A stretch of DNA of 64,000 bases. Source: Eutreptiella sp. 'Long Island Sound 2002' (taxonomy: Eukaryota > Protista > Euglenida). The notes under the pieces are model-generated. The model was not told the origin of the DNA and ran no database searches. It worked only from the letters and a program-made list of their open reading frames with translations. Position numbers and translations under genes: made by a program. Shown here piece after piece: positions 1-10,330 of the stretch (position 1 is the first letter of the stretch; each line of letters starts with the position of its first letter). Location: positions 20,708,001 through 20,772,000 of the forward strand of contig OZ038379.1 of assembly GCA_964036045.1 (NCBI GenBank), in the 5' to 3' direction.

Positions 1-470
1 CTCAAAAATCGAAGTTTTCGAAACTTGTTTTTTTGATATCGTCACCACTTAAAATGACCATCCAAGGTATGTAAAGCATTTTTTAGGCCGTATTTATGTA
101 GTTTTCACCCTATTTAGGGTGTGTTTGGCTTGGGGTAGATTCTCTGCGAGGTGGACTTGCCGAAGGCAATAGAATTGCCATTTTTCATCCAAAAATGGCC
201 ATTTTTGGGTCAAAAATGGTGCTGTTGGCCCTTGGATCCACAGTCCAGGACCCCCCTCACATACGGCTGATTTTAGACGGTATCAAGCCTGCATTCATGA
301 TGTGGGGGCCAGAATTTTTCCACTTTTGTAGGTCCGGGGAGGGGGGGGGGGAAACAGCAGAAAATGAACTCTTTATAGTATGATTTACCAAAAAAAGTGG
401 TAGTTTCATCTGTCGCTGGTTTGGGGATTTTTGGACCCGTATGGACCAAAATGTGCCAGCAGTGTTACTG
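1..470. repeat. Probable dispersed non-coding repeat element (T/A runs, G tract)
   Basis: Composition and motifs (ccaaaaatggccatttttgggtcaaaaatgg) resemble the repeat family at 24000-24900 and 51000-51900; no convincing ORF. Confidence 0.3.
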
Positions 471-1561
471 CTGCGTTGGACCCCTGCATTGGACCTTCAA
501 ATTAGATTCCTACATTGGACCACTGCGTCACAACCCGGGTATGTTTCACCCGTGCATTAAACTCCTGTGTTGCCCTCCTGCCCAGCCCCCCCCCCCCCCT
601 TCTGCCCTGCCCCTGGAACCCCTGCAGCACTATTGGACCAACTACATGGCCAGCGCTCAGAACTTATCCAACGCAAAATTGCTGCCATGAGCTCCCCCTG
701 ACATGCAAATGGGTTTGTACTGTTGGGCGACCCTACTTTTGCACCAGGCAGAATACAACGTACGCTAGCACAGGGCTGAAAATCTTTCCCATTCCAATAA
801 TTTTCCGCGATTCGGTGCTGGACATAGGTCGATGCATGCCATGCAGAGAGAGCATACACTGCTCAGCGTTGTATCCATATAGTGGTGCAATACCGCTTCA
901 AAGATCACCTGACATCTGTATCAGGACTGCACATTACGTTGCATCTCGCGAGAATTGACGAAGCACTTAAGATATGCCGGCAGCCTTAAAGCCGCAGGAA
1001 AGCCTGGCGTGCCAGCCTTTTTCTCTTCCCTGTCTTGCGCGTCTGGTCTCCTTTTTTCCCCTATTTTTTCGGCGATTTCTTTCAGTGCTCCGTTGGTCTA
1101 CCGCACATTCACTTATGCTTCACTATGGAACCCATATTTACAGCCCAAATTCAGCCTGAGCCTCTGGTTTCCACGGGAAGTGCAACAGCACCTCAAGCAG
1201 AAAATTGGTCTTCCTTTTGTAAATATGCATTGATGAACCTCACATGTGGAATATTGTTTCGTATGGATTTGGGCGGGAAACCGCCATGCATAAAAAAAGG
1301 AACCTGGCCTACCACGGCCCACACAAAAACTGGCCATCCAACCAATTGGACCTCTGAAGCCTGTCAGGGCGAAGGTGGGGGCACTGCCACAGATGTTGTG
1401 GCATCCTTTGCACATCGCAACAGATGTTGTGTGGACCAGGACAAGATGCCAACGTGCTGCAGCACTACTCTGTTTCTTTTGGAGGGCTTTGTGAGAGGCC
1501 CTGGAGATTGGACACAGTACAAATGAGACAAAACAGAACTGCCCAATGAAAATGGCGATAC

Positions 1562-4500
1562 TCATTCCGCATGCACCGTCAGAGTGGCAGACCTCCCGAA
1601 CACCTCTGGGCTGAGCACCTCCTCAGCAGTCGCAGGGGGTGCTATGAATTCTCCAAGGCCTGTGACCTGCGCCACATACGAATATGTGTGTGCGCCCTCC
1701 CAGACTCGCCCTGCAAACGCCTCAACCCGCTCGTCTCGGAGGTTGTCATGATCGTACCACCGCCAATAACAGCAGCGGCCGGCAGCAGGCGGCGTGCCCC
1801 CCAACTCCGGAGTTCCAGCCAAGGCCGGATTCAGAGGCTCCAGACAGGCCGGCAGCTTGTCCACAAGAGCCACCCTGTGCCGCACCATGCGGGTCTCAAG
1901 GGTCAGCGTGACCTCTATCAGGCGCCCAGACTTCAGCTTGTAGCCCTGGGCCGTGGTCTGCACGTCCTCGGGGTCCTGAAGGGCTTTGTACGTGCGCTGC
2001 ACGATGAAGCCTGCATCATGGGCGGGCAGAATGTTGCTCTTGGGCGCGTACTTCAACCCCAAGCGGTAGTACAGCCGCCCCGGCCCCACTTTGTGGATGT
2101 GCAGCGGTTGCGGCGCAGCGCCTGCAGTGTCCACAAGGTATTTCATGGGCACATCCGTGACCTTTGTGACGGTGCTGCGGCCCTTGTGCTCGTGGTCCGC
2201 GACGAGGGACGTGCTCAGCCAACTGTGGGCCGTGAACGCGGGGGTGGCGGCCTCATACGTGTTGAAGTAGCGGTCCACCGCCAGCAACGCAAAGACGTTC
2301 TCCTGCGTGTTGCCCCAGCGGCCCCTTTGGCGCACCCCCAACAGCCCCTTCATCAGCTTTGGGATGATGGCATTGGACGGGTCCATCACCTGCAGCGCCT
2401 CCAGCACAATCGCATCGGTACGCGGGCTTGAACGCAGGAGCACCAGGGTGTCCGCCCCCGCATCCTCGTACCCGGTGCAGCAATGCGCAGCCCCTGCGGT
2501 CTCCACCGTCTGATTGGCAAAATACTTCAGCACGCTCTGCACGATGGAGTGGGTTGCCTTGAGGGGACTGGTGCCGTGCACCGCCAGCGCCAGCCAGGCT
2601 GCAGCGTCGAGCCCCAACTTGTGCACGCCACCTGCCGCATTGTACAGCTCCGCCGCCTCCGACGCCATCTCCGCCTTCTCGAACAAAGACAACACGTAAC
2701 ATCGGAGGCACTGCAGCGTGCGGCGCGTAGACTCCGAGTACTTGTCCCAATGCGGAAAAGCACTGAGGTCCCGCAGCGCCTCAATCAGCCTCCCGACCGC
2801 ATGCGCGCTCACCTTGTGGCCCTTGCGCTGCACCTGGGCGAAGCAGTGGGCCACATGCAGAGTGACAAAGACGTCAGCTTCGGTGTCCTGGGCCCAGAAG
2901 CCGAAACCTCCGCACGGCAACTGTGCCTTCAACAACTTCTGTACCAGGATACTGCCCAGCGTCGTCAGCTCCGGATCTTTGGGGATGGTCGGCGATGCGA
3001 ACGCGGTCTGGATGTCCTTCAGTAACGCAAAAGCCAAGACCCTGGACGCCATGCTCTCGACGTACTCGAACGGGTACTCCACAAGATACTCAAAGGCGTC
3101 GGTGACGGTCTGCAAAATGGTGGAGGAGGACCCGATCTGCAGCCCCCCGTACGCGGGGTACACGTCTGCGGGCGGCTGCAGAGCATGCGTGGCCACAGCG
3201 CCGTCGGGGTCCAGTTCACCGTAGGCGGCAAAGGCCTCCGCTGTGGCCGGCGTCCAAACGGGGACCTCTGCATCGGCCGCGTCCGCCACGCCTCCGGCGG
3301 CGGCACCCACCATCTCCGCGCCGACCTGGACCTTGGCCTTGCCGGGCAGCACGGTCTTTGCCTCGAAACGCACTTCCAGGCGCTGCTGAGGCTCCAAATG
3401 GATCCGGAAGCCACCGACGCCGGGCCCCACCAGCTCCAAATTGGAGGTCCGGGCGACCACCGCCACATCGGCGGCACGGGACGTCTGGTTCTGGACCACG
3501 ACCGTCAACTTGGCGTGGTCCCCGACGTTCAGGAACCGCGGCAGCGATGGCCGGACCATGAGCGGCAGCGCGACCTCGACCGCGCTCTCCCCCATTCCGA
3601 ACGCAGACTGCGCAGTGCACGCGACGGCGATCACGCGGTACTTCGTGAGGCTGTCCGGCAGCGGGACCGGGACGGTACACGCGCCGGCGGCGTCGGTGCG
3701 GACGTTCCCGTGGAAGCACGCGAGGGCGTCGAAGTTGGTGCGCACGGCGATGGGCATGTCTGCGCCGCCGGGGCCACCCATTCCGTTCGCGGCCATGCCC
3801 ATGCAGCGGGCCATACCCATACCATACGCACGATAGCCACACTCGTCATAGATCTCATCTCCGATGGCCTCGAACAAGAGCTCGCGCCAATTCCGCGAAA
3901 GCAGACTCACCCTCGTGTCACAGCGGAATGAATGCCGCGCGTAGCCCTCTATGCGCGTTCCATCGCCGTAGAAGTAGCCTTGAGGGGTCGGCGAAATGAA
4001 GTACTCCGCGGCCTCAGGCTCGTCTTCGGGCATCGGATTCCGGGGGCACATGCCGCGGGCGAGCGCGAGCACAGCCTCGTCCACGACCCAAATCGCGACG
4101 TCGGCTGCAGCAGCCGGCGCCTTCGTGGCGGCGTTGTGCACCGAGACGGACACGTCGGTCTTCGACCCCGGCGTCAGATGTGTGGCCCCTGGTCGCACAT
4201 CCACCGTCAAACACTTGATCTTGTAGCTGATCTCCAAATCCATTCCCGCCTGGGCCCCCACGAGGCCTTCGCCCGTGCCTGAAGCGCTTCGATCCACCAC
4301 GACGTCCACATTCAATCTCTTTTTGGCACCCGGAATCCACTCCTCTTTGACGTCGAAGCGCAGGTCATGACTCCCGCCCGGCGGGATAGCAAAGCACTCG
4401 GTGTACAGCAGCCCGCGGCCCTGCAGCTGCGCCACGGCCTGGCACGGGTCACTCAGCAGCGACTGCACCGTCACCACTGCGCAGTCCCCGGCCTCGTAGC

Positions 4501-7500
4501 GCTCTTTGTTTGGGATCAGCTTCAGAGGCTCTGCGTTCTGGTCCTTCGCAGACGCACGCGGCAGCCGTCCCACGACCAAAAGGGACGCACTGCAGGTGTT
4601 GACGAGCCCTGTGGGGTCCGCCACTCGGGCCTCCAGCGTGTACTCGCCGCCCTCGTCGAACAGCAAATCGAGGCACATTGTACCCGGGGCAGAGGTGTAC
4701 TCCTTGACCCACCGCTCGATCACCTCCACATCGTTTCCAAATCGCTTCCTTTGAGTCGACGTGCACCGCACAGTGAGCGGGACGTCCGCGATGGCCTTGC
4801 CTGCGACGTCGCACACCACGAGCTCCACCTCCACTGACGTATTCGCCCGGGCCCACGGAAGGGTCTTTATCCCCACGTAGTACTTCGAGGGATGCACCGT
4901 GAAACTGGCGCTGGAGGACATGGTCTGGCGGTTGATGTCGGTGACGGTGCCGTTGGCCTTGACTTGAACGGGGTATTTGCGCTTTTGCGACGCGTTTGCC
5001 TTGAAGTCAATGCACAGGCGGTGCTGCCCTTTGGAGTTCGTGTTGCTCTTGTGCCGCAGCACTGGGCCCGAGTCATCGTCTTGAAAGCCCCGGAACCCGA
5101 AACAGCCCCAGACCGGGGCGTCCTGGAAGTGGAAGGCCGGCCAGCCCGCAGGGCTGAAGGTGGTTTTCTGGGAGTCCACGGTCCACTCGACGTTGGCCTG
5201 CGTCAGAGGGCCCCCGGCGAAGTAGCTGGCGTGCACGGCCACGATGGCACTGCCCCCCGTCACCAGCGGCGGGCCTGAGGGCGCTGTACAGGACACGTTG
5301 AACTCAGGGCGCCGGAATTCTTGCACCTGAAATTCATGGTAGTGATGGCCGCCCTCCCCCATTTCGCAGGACACGCCGTACCACCCCAAACCGCACTCCG
5401 TGGGCAACGGAATCTCTGCGTAGAACGTGCCGTACTCGCTCGTGGTGACCACCTGCTTCCAAATCGGCTGACCACTGCCGGGGTCGAAGCACTGAAGCGT
5501 TACCGGTACGCCGCCGGGGCTCCACAGTTCCACCAGCTTGTTGTCAGTGGTGGGGCGGCAGCCGCGGGCGATGCCTTTCAAATGCACGGTCTCGCCCGGG
5601 CGGTACAATTTGCGGTCGTCGAAGGTGTACAATGACATACCCTTGGCATACTTTTTTTCTCGCATTTCGCTGATGAGTGCAAAGCAGCAGTCATCCCCCA
5701 CCTTCACTACAATCAGGCAGTCACGTTGCGAAAGGCCATCGGCGCCGCGAGTGATCATGCCGTTGGCGCCGGTGGTGCCACTCCAGTTCGCGGACCATTG
5801 TTCCCCGTCACCATCACAATCGTACGGGGAGCCCACGACACCGTACGCCACTTCAGCACCGGGGATGGGCTTCCCAGTCTCCAGGGACGTCACCCAGACC
5901 ATATCCTCAGTCCTCGTCCGCAATGCATTTGCCGCCAGAGCCGTGGCCTGGACCCATACGGTGCTTGCCCTCAGGTCAGGCACGTAGCGGCTGGGGTAGT
6001 GCTCTGTGGCCTCTATGACGGGCGGCAAACTCTGTGGGGCAGGCGCGGGCTCCGTCACGTTCGGGTCGACAAACACGATGATGTTCCCCGCCGGGGCACC
6101 ATCCGGGCCGTGGTTCCGGAACGCACTCTTCAGGTCCACATGGACGATGGTGGGCACATCCGGCTCGCAATTCGTCGGAATGGTCCCACTGGCAACGGCC
6201 TGCCCCAAGCGCTTCAGTTCGTCGACGTAACTCTGGAGCGCCTCGTCCATGCCATGCAGGCCCTTCATGTACAAGTTCAGGTACACAGGCCACATCGACG
6301 GCTCAATGGACACAATGCACACGTCCACCCGTGGAACGTTGACGACCACCACCGAGTGGTCGTAGGGTGCGGGGGGGCCCCCTGTGGCATGGCTGATGCC
6401 ATTCGTGTTGGACTTGGGCACAACATCGGGAGGGGTCTTGCTCATGGGGTCCAGAACCCACATGCTCTGCAGGGGGCTGCACTCAGAACCGTTCACGGCC
6501 TTCTGTCCAGCGGCGTTCCCCAGCACACTGAACATCTTCGCAGCAGCCCCAATTTCACACTCCACCGTGTGGGACTGGCCCAGCCTCTGGCCGTAGACGT
6601 CCTTCACTGCGGCATCCACAGTCACCGTGTACTTGGTGCGGGCACGGGTGCGACCGCTGATGTTGACCTCGCACTCGGAAACGCTCAGTTCCATGTCTTC
6701 AATGGGGGGCTGCACGCTGATGAACGACTCCAGGAACTCGTCGACATCCAAAGAATTGTTGAAGGTCAGGCGCAACGGCGTCTGAGGGGGGGACCGCGAT
6801 GCCGCCTGCGGCCCGTGGGCACTAAGCGCCAGCCGATTGTACGTGCAGAACTCGCGGACGCTCGGCTCTGCACTGCACAACGGCCCCTCGGCGGAGGGCA
6901 CGTTTGGGCCGACCGTCAGAGTCCAGTTGGTCCCCTTGGCAAGGGCCTCGCACGGCTTCAGCAGCACGACACGCTCTGGGGGGGTCCGGGAGGTGCAGGC
7001 GCGAATACTCCGGGCCTCAGACACGCCGGCCTTGAGGTAGTAGGGGTCTGAGTCCAGGTGCTGGTGCACTTCCGCGGCGCTCTGGCACTTGAGGGGCACG
7101 GAGCGGTCTGGGCCAGACAACCGCAGCGCGGGGAACACTTTGGCGCCATCCATCGCTTGATCAAACACGAGGGCCATGATGGGCTGCGTGCCAGTGATAC
7201 CGCAGGGCAGAGACCGAATCAGCCTTGGCGTGGCCGTGGACCACTTGTTCTCAAACGTGGCCGCGAGCGGAGTCACCGCAGCGCCCAGCGCTTTTGTGCC
7301 TTGCTTCACGACCGCCGCATATTCCGTCGCTTGTGCGAAGCGGTACTTGGGCTCGAACATCAGCGTGCGGTCCCCGATCCATCGCCAGCGTCCGTCGGTT
7401 TTGGGGCTGAGCTCCACCGGCACCAGGAGCTCATCCACAGCAGCGACACTGGAAATTGGCACCATCGGGTGCGAAAACGTGATGGAGAAATGCGGCGCCA

Positions 7501-7861
7501 AGGAGACCTCCCCTTCCGGTGAGCATCGCACAACTGTCAACTGTCCACCCTCCGCTGTGGGGGCTACAGCAGCAGGTGCTTCATCAGTGGTCTCTGGAGG
7601 GAAAGGCATCTGCTCTTGTGCTGACGGCGGGGGCGCCGTCGTCGTTGGCCGGGGGGCAAAGTCTACTCCCAGGTCATGCGGCTCCCAAGTTGGAAGCCGC
7701 TGCTCCAAGTGCGCCTTTTCATCAGAGGTCAGGGTTGCAAAGCTCTGCACAGAGGTGGCTGTGACATCCACGTATTGGCCCACCATATCGTCGGAGGCAG
7801 GCTCTCGCACCGAAAGGAAGATGGCCGGGTTGGCCTCCTCAGTGGGATCACCATCATACAT
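1562..7861 (-). CDS. Bacterial-type alpha-2-macroglobulin family protein (Ig-like/MG domains, bait region, thioester-domain fold), single exon; thioester motif lost
   Basis: Uninterrupted ORF (1562..7897, likely ATG at 7861 after a pyrimidine tract and AG at 7877-7878). It carries A2M-family motifs TDRxLYRPGE-like 'DDRKLYRPGETVHLKG', 'EFRRPEF', 'VVDEAVLAL', 'VRTNFDALACF', 'VPLPDSLTKYRV', 'PRFLNVGD', 'GRWGNTQEN', and C-terminal 'PPATAEEVLSPEVFGRS'. The usual YPYGCxEQ position reads YPFEYVES. Strong GC3 bias. Confidence 0.92.
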   Translation of the reverse strand: MYDGDPTEEANPAIFLSVREPASDDMVGQYVDVTATSVQSFATLTSDEKAHLEQRLPTWEPHDLGVDFAPRPTTTAPPPSAQEQMPFPPETTDEAPAAVAPTAEGGQLTVVRCSPEGEVSLAPHFSITFSHPMVPISSVAAVDELLVPVELSPKTDGRWRWIGDRTLMFEPKYRFAQATEYAAVVKQGTKALGAAVTPLAATFENKWSTATPRLIRSLPCGITGTQPIMALVFDQAMDGAKVFPALRLSGPDRSVPLKCQSAAEVHQHLDSDPYYLKAGVSEARSIRACTSRTPPERVVLLKPCEALAKGTNWTLTVGPNVPSAEGPLCSAEPSVREFCTYNRLALSAHGPQAASRSPPQTPLRLTFNNSLDVDEFLESFISVQPPIEDMELSVSECEVNISGRTRARTKYTVTVDAAVKDVYGQRLGQSHTVECEIGAAAKMFSVLGNAAGQKAVNGSECSPLQSMWVLDPMSKTPPDVVPKSNTNGISHATGGPPAPYDHSVVVVNVPRVDVCIVSIEPSMWPVYLNLYMKGLHGMDEALQSYVDELKRLGQAVASGTIPTNCEPDVPTIVHVDLKSAFRNHGPDGAPAGNIIVFVDPNVTEPAPAPQSLPPVIEATEHYPSRYVPDLRASTVWVQATALAANALRTRTEDMVWVTSLETGKPIPGAEVAYGVVGSPYDCDGDGEQWSANWSGTTGANGMITRGADGLSQRDCLIVVKVGDDCCFALISEMREKKYAKGMSLYTFDDRKLYRPGETVHLKGIARGCRPTTDNKLVELWSPGGVPVTLQCFDPGSGQPIWKQVVTTSEYGTFYAEIPLPTECGLGWYGVSCEMGEGGHHYHEFQVQEFRRPEFNVSCTAPSGPPLVTGGSAIVAVHASYFAGGPLTQANVEWTVDSQKTTFSPAGWPAFHFQDAPVWGCFGFRGFQDDDSGPVLRHKSNTNSKGQHRLCIDFKANASQKRKYPVQVKANGTVTDINRQTMSSSASFTVHPSKYYVGIKTLPWARANTSVEVELVVCDVAGKAIADVPLTVRCTSTQRKRFGNDVEVIERWVKEYTSAPGTMCLDLLFDEGGEYTLEARVADPTGLVNTCSASLLVVGRLPRASAKDQNAEPLKLIPNKERYEAGDCAVVTVQSLLSDPCQAVAQLQGRGLLYTECFAIPPGGSHDLRFDVKEEWIPGAKKRLNVDVVVDRSASGTGEGLVGAQAGMDLEISYKIKCLTVDVRPGATHLTPGSKTDVSVSVHNAATKAPAAAADVAIWVVDEAVLALARGMCPRNPMPEDEPEAAEYFISPTPQGYFYGDGTRIEGYARHSFRCDTRVSLLSRNWRELLFEAIGDEIYDECGYRAYGMGMARCMGMAANGMGGPGGADMPIAVRTNFDALACFHGNVRTDAAGACTVPVPLPDSLTKYRVIAVACTAQSAFGMGESAVEVALPLMVRPSLPRFLNVGDHAKLTVVVQNQTSRAADVAVVARTSNLELVGPGVGGFRIHLEPQQRLEVRFEAKTVLPGKAKVQVGAEMVGAAAGGVADAADAEVPVWTPATAEAFAAYGELDPDGAVATHALQPPADVYPAYGGLQIGSSSTILQTVTDAFEYLVEYPFEYVESMASRVLAFALLKDIQTAFASPTIPKDPELTTLGSILVQKLLKAQLPCGGFGFWAQDTEADVFVTLHVAHCFAQVQRKGHKVSAHAVGRLIEALRDLSAFPHWDKYSESTRRTLQCLRCYVLSLFEKAEMASEAAELYNAAGGVHKLGLDAAAWLALAVHGTSPLKATHSIVQSVLKYFANQTVETAGAAHCCTGYEDAGADTLVLLRSSPRTDAIVLEALQVMDPSNAIIPKLMKGLLGVRQRGRWGNTQENVFALLAVDRYFNTYEAATPAFTAHSWLSTSLVADHEHKGRSTVTKVTDVPMKYLVDTAGAAPQPLHIHKVGPGRLYYRLGLKYAPKSNILPAHDAGFIVQRTYKALQDPEDVQTTAQGYKLKSGRLIEVTLTLETRMVRHRVALVDKLPACLEPLNPALAGTPELGGTPPAAGRCCYWRWYDHDNLRDERVEAFAGRVWEGAHTYSYVAQVTGLGEFIAPPATAEEVLSPEVFGRSATLTVHAE

Positions 7862-7923
7862 TATGGACAAGAGGTACTTGCAGAGGAAAACAGACACTCA
7901 GAAAGTGAATGCAAGGTGTTGAT

Positions 7924-8270
7924 GTTGTGGTGACTTTCTAATGGGCTGGCCACAAAGACTAAACCCAGCCCACCTTGTGGGCTGTGGTGTTGTGAAATTG
8001 ATGATTGACGCAGCACCAAAATTCATTCAAGACACGACCTAGACCACTGCAAGGTTTCCAGGTTGTGAATTTTCTTGTGGGCGGACCACCAAAGGCTCCA
8101 CCACTGTGTGAGATTATGGTGTTGTGGACTTTCTGAAAAGCGGACCACCAATGTGTTCCCAATGAATGCCAGTCTGTGACGCTTGTTGTTAATTTTCTTC
8201 TGCGTGAACCACCAAATTGTCCCACATCATGGCAAGGTTGTACAGTCCCCAAGTGTTTGGCCCGAGCCTC
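7924..8270 (+). repeat. Degenerate ~52-73 bp periodic repeats (GTTGTG...CCACCAA), probably an eroded protein-repeat (ankyrin-like) coding remnant
   Basis: Units start at 7924, 7989, 8062, 8121, 8185 and 8237. They translate as VVKLMIDAAPK, VVNFLVGGPPK, VVDFLKSGPPM and VVNFLLREPPN, with frameshifts between units. Confidence 0.4.
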
Positions 8271-9179
8271 CGCTGCCAGTTTCATGGGAGCACATGTTTG
8301 CAACTCTTGTACTTTTGCACACACACACACACACATCCCTGTCAGGCATCTCCAAACTGTTGGGGATGCAGCCTAGGTGCACTGATCCGACATTCACATC
8401 ATCCCTGCGCCACCTCCTTGGGTTCCTCCGGTGGCATGGGGTGAGCAACACAGTATGGTGTTAAAGTTGTGGCAGATAGAAATTCTGGTCATGCTCATTG
8501 GGGTTGCCCCATTCCCAGGCTCATTGACCAAGCGGGACCAAAATTGCTCCAAGGGGTGGGAGTGGCACGGAGGCATCTCCGCTCCTAGCTTTATTGTACC
8601 TCGACGTTTCAAGGAACCACCCTCCACCAGACTTTCAAGCATTTCAGGAAGACCACATCTTTTATTTTCCACTATTCCTCCGGTGTCGGCTAGCCACCAC
8701 ACTGACCTCTCCCACATCGTCTTGCACAAACCCACACTCACTCAAACCTTTGGATGCTAGTGTCACATCCACTTCATCCTCGCATTCTTCATCCGAGTAA
8801 TACGAGTCACCCTCCCCATCCACCCACTTACTGTCCGCGACATCTGCCAAACTTTGCAAGACACTCGACACCTAGGCCTCCGCACCGCTCCGTGCCAGAT
8901 TCGCAACTGCCAACAATAGCACCCACGCTACAGCCTGCAATCTCTATGTATCCTCTCCCGTCTGCTGAATGAACTTACGCACCACCGCATCCACATCCAC
9001 ATCATAAATTGCCTTCATCTTGCGCAACCTCTCCTTCATTTGGTGAATCACCTGCTTCTTCCGGATTCCAAACCCTCTCCACATCTCCTACTCCGTGTCG
9101 CCTTCTCCTCTTCTTCCTCTCATTAGGGGGCCGAAGTACTTTACTATCCTCGGCTTCTCCGATCTTGAGCTCCCTGATG

Positions 9180-10330
9180 TTGCATCGGATCCAGAGTGTC
9201 CACCACTGCGTCGCTCCCCACATCCTATACGCGACCGAGAATATGCCGTCCTTTCTCTTGGGAATCGGCGCCTCCTTCTGGCCTAGAATATCAATGAATG
9301 TGTTGGGTGTGCATACGCCAGTGCTACGCTGGGCATCTGCCATCCTCCCATGAGCTATAGCGGCGGCCCTCTTGCGCCTGCCGCCCACGCTTGTGCAGCC
9401 CCACACCCGCAGTGTCCTAGAATATCAATGAATGTGTTGGGTGTGCATACGCCAGTGCTACGCTGGGCATCTGCCATCCTCCCATGAGCTATAGCGGCGG
9501 CCCTCTTGCGCCTGCCGCCCACGCTTGTGCAGCCCCACACCTGCAGTGTGCGCATGCCATCGGAGGGCATGCTTCTTTTCTCGTGCCACCAACTCAACCA
9601 ACTAGGCCTCAAACTCGCTAGGGGACTAGAAATTATGTGGGACATTCGGGTTTCCCGCCTTGCTCCTCCACTCTACGCCCACGGGTATGAGCCACCTTTG
9701 GGCCATGCACCGACATTTTGCACTTGCACAGCTAGGCTATTGTTTTCGCTCATGAAGATCAACTTCCCCAGACCATTTCTGTATGCACTCCAAGCTTCAC
9801 CGATGGCGCAACAGGTCGGACCCGGATAACACTGCTAACAGTAAGTATTCCATTTCTAGCCACGTGAAGTGCCGTTTTTGCACCGTGATGTCATAGATGA
9901 CGTCAGATGGCGCATATTGTATCCATCGGCCACCTCTCCTCTTTTTCAGCTTCTCCAAACTTCTCGCGAATACCCAATCTCACTCCTGGACCACCAGTTC
10001 GATGACCTTCGATTTCTCTGCCAATCGAAGTGCCAACAACAACTTCTTGACTAGCCCTTCATAAGAACTTTCTCTTGTGATTTGCAGCAGCCTGCTCTCA
10101 ACTGCTTCTCTCAGCGCAAGCCATCCCTCGATCTTCGTGTAGCCCACGAAAGTGTGCATTGCTCCCACATATCCATCCCTCTTCTCCTTTTCCAATCACG
10201 CCCACATCACTGACGCGTAACTGCGTCGAAACCCCGCATTGTCTTCGGCTGTACAATCCTCCAATCTTTTCTGCATCCTCCTCGCTTCCTCAATACCCCA
10301 CCCACGTAGTCACCTGCTTCCAAACTCCTT
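9180..10330 (-). pseudogene. Tyrosine recombinase pseudogene (stops and frameshifts)
   Basis: R...HxxR...GGW...Y catalytic pattern is recognisable across frames. The C-terminal extension 'LGQKEAPIPKRKDG...MWG' parallels 'LAPLQLPWPESEG...VWG' in the second copy. Confidence 0.6.
9282..9549. repeat. 134-bp tandem duplication (2 copies, about 1 mismatch)
   Basis: cctagaatatcaatg...ccacacc(c/t)gcagtgt at 9282-9415 and 9416-9549. Confidence 0.9.

Noticed and set aside
1571-7922. Many long plus-strand and alternate-frame ORFs overlapping A2M (e.g. 5726..7051, 1571..2431)
   Set aside because: Expected shadow ORFs of a GC3-rich CDS; Arg/Ala/Gly-rich with no domain motifs.
7924-8270. CRISPR array
   Set aside because: Repeats are too divergent, the spacing is irregular, variation is codon-like, there are no cas genes, and the context is eukaryotic.
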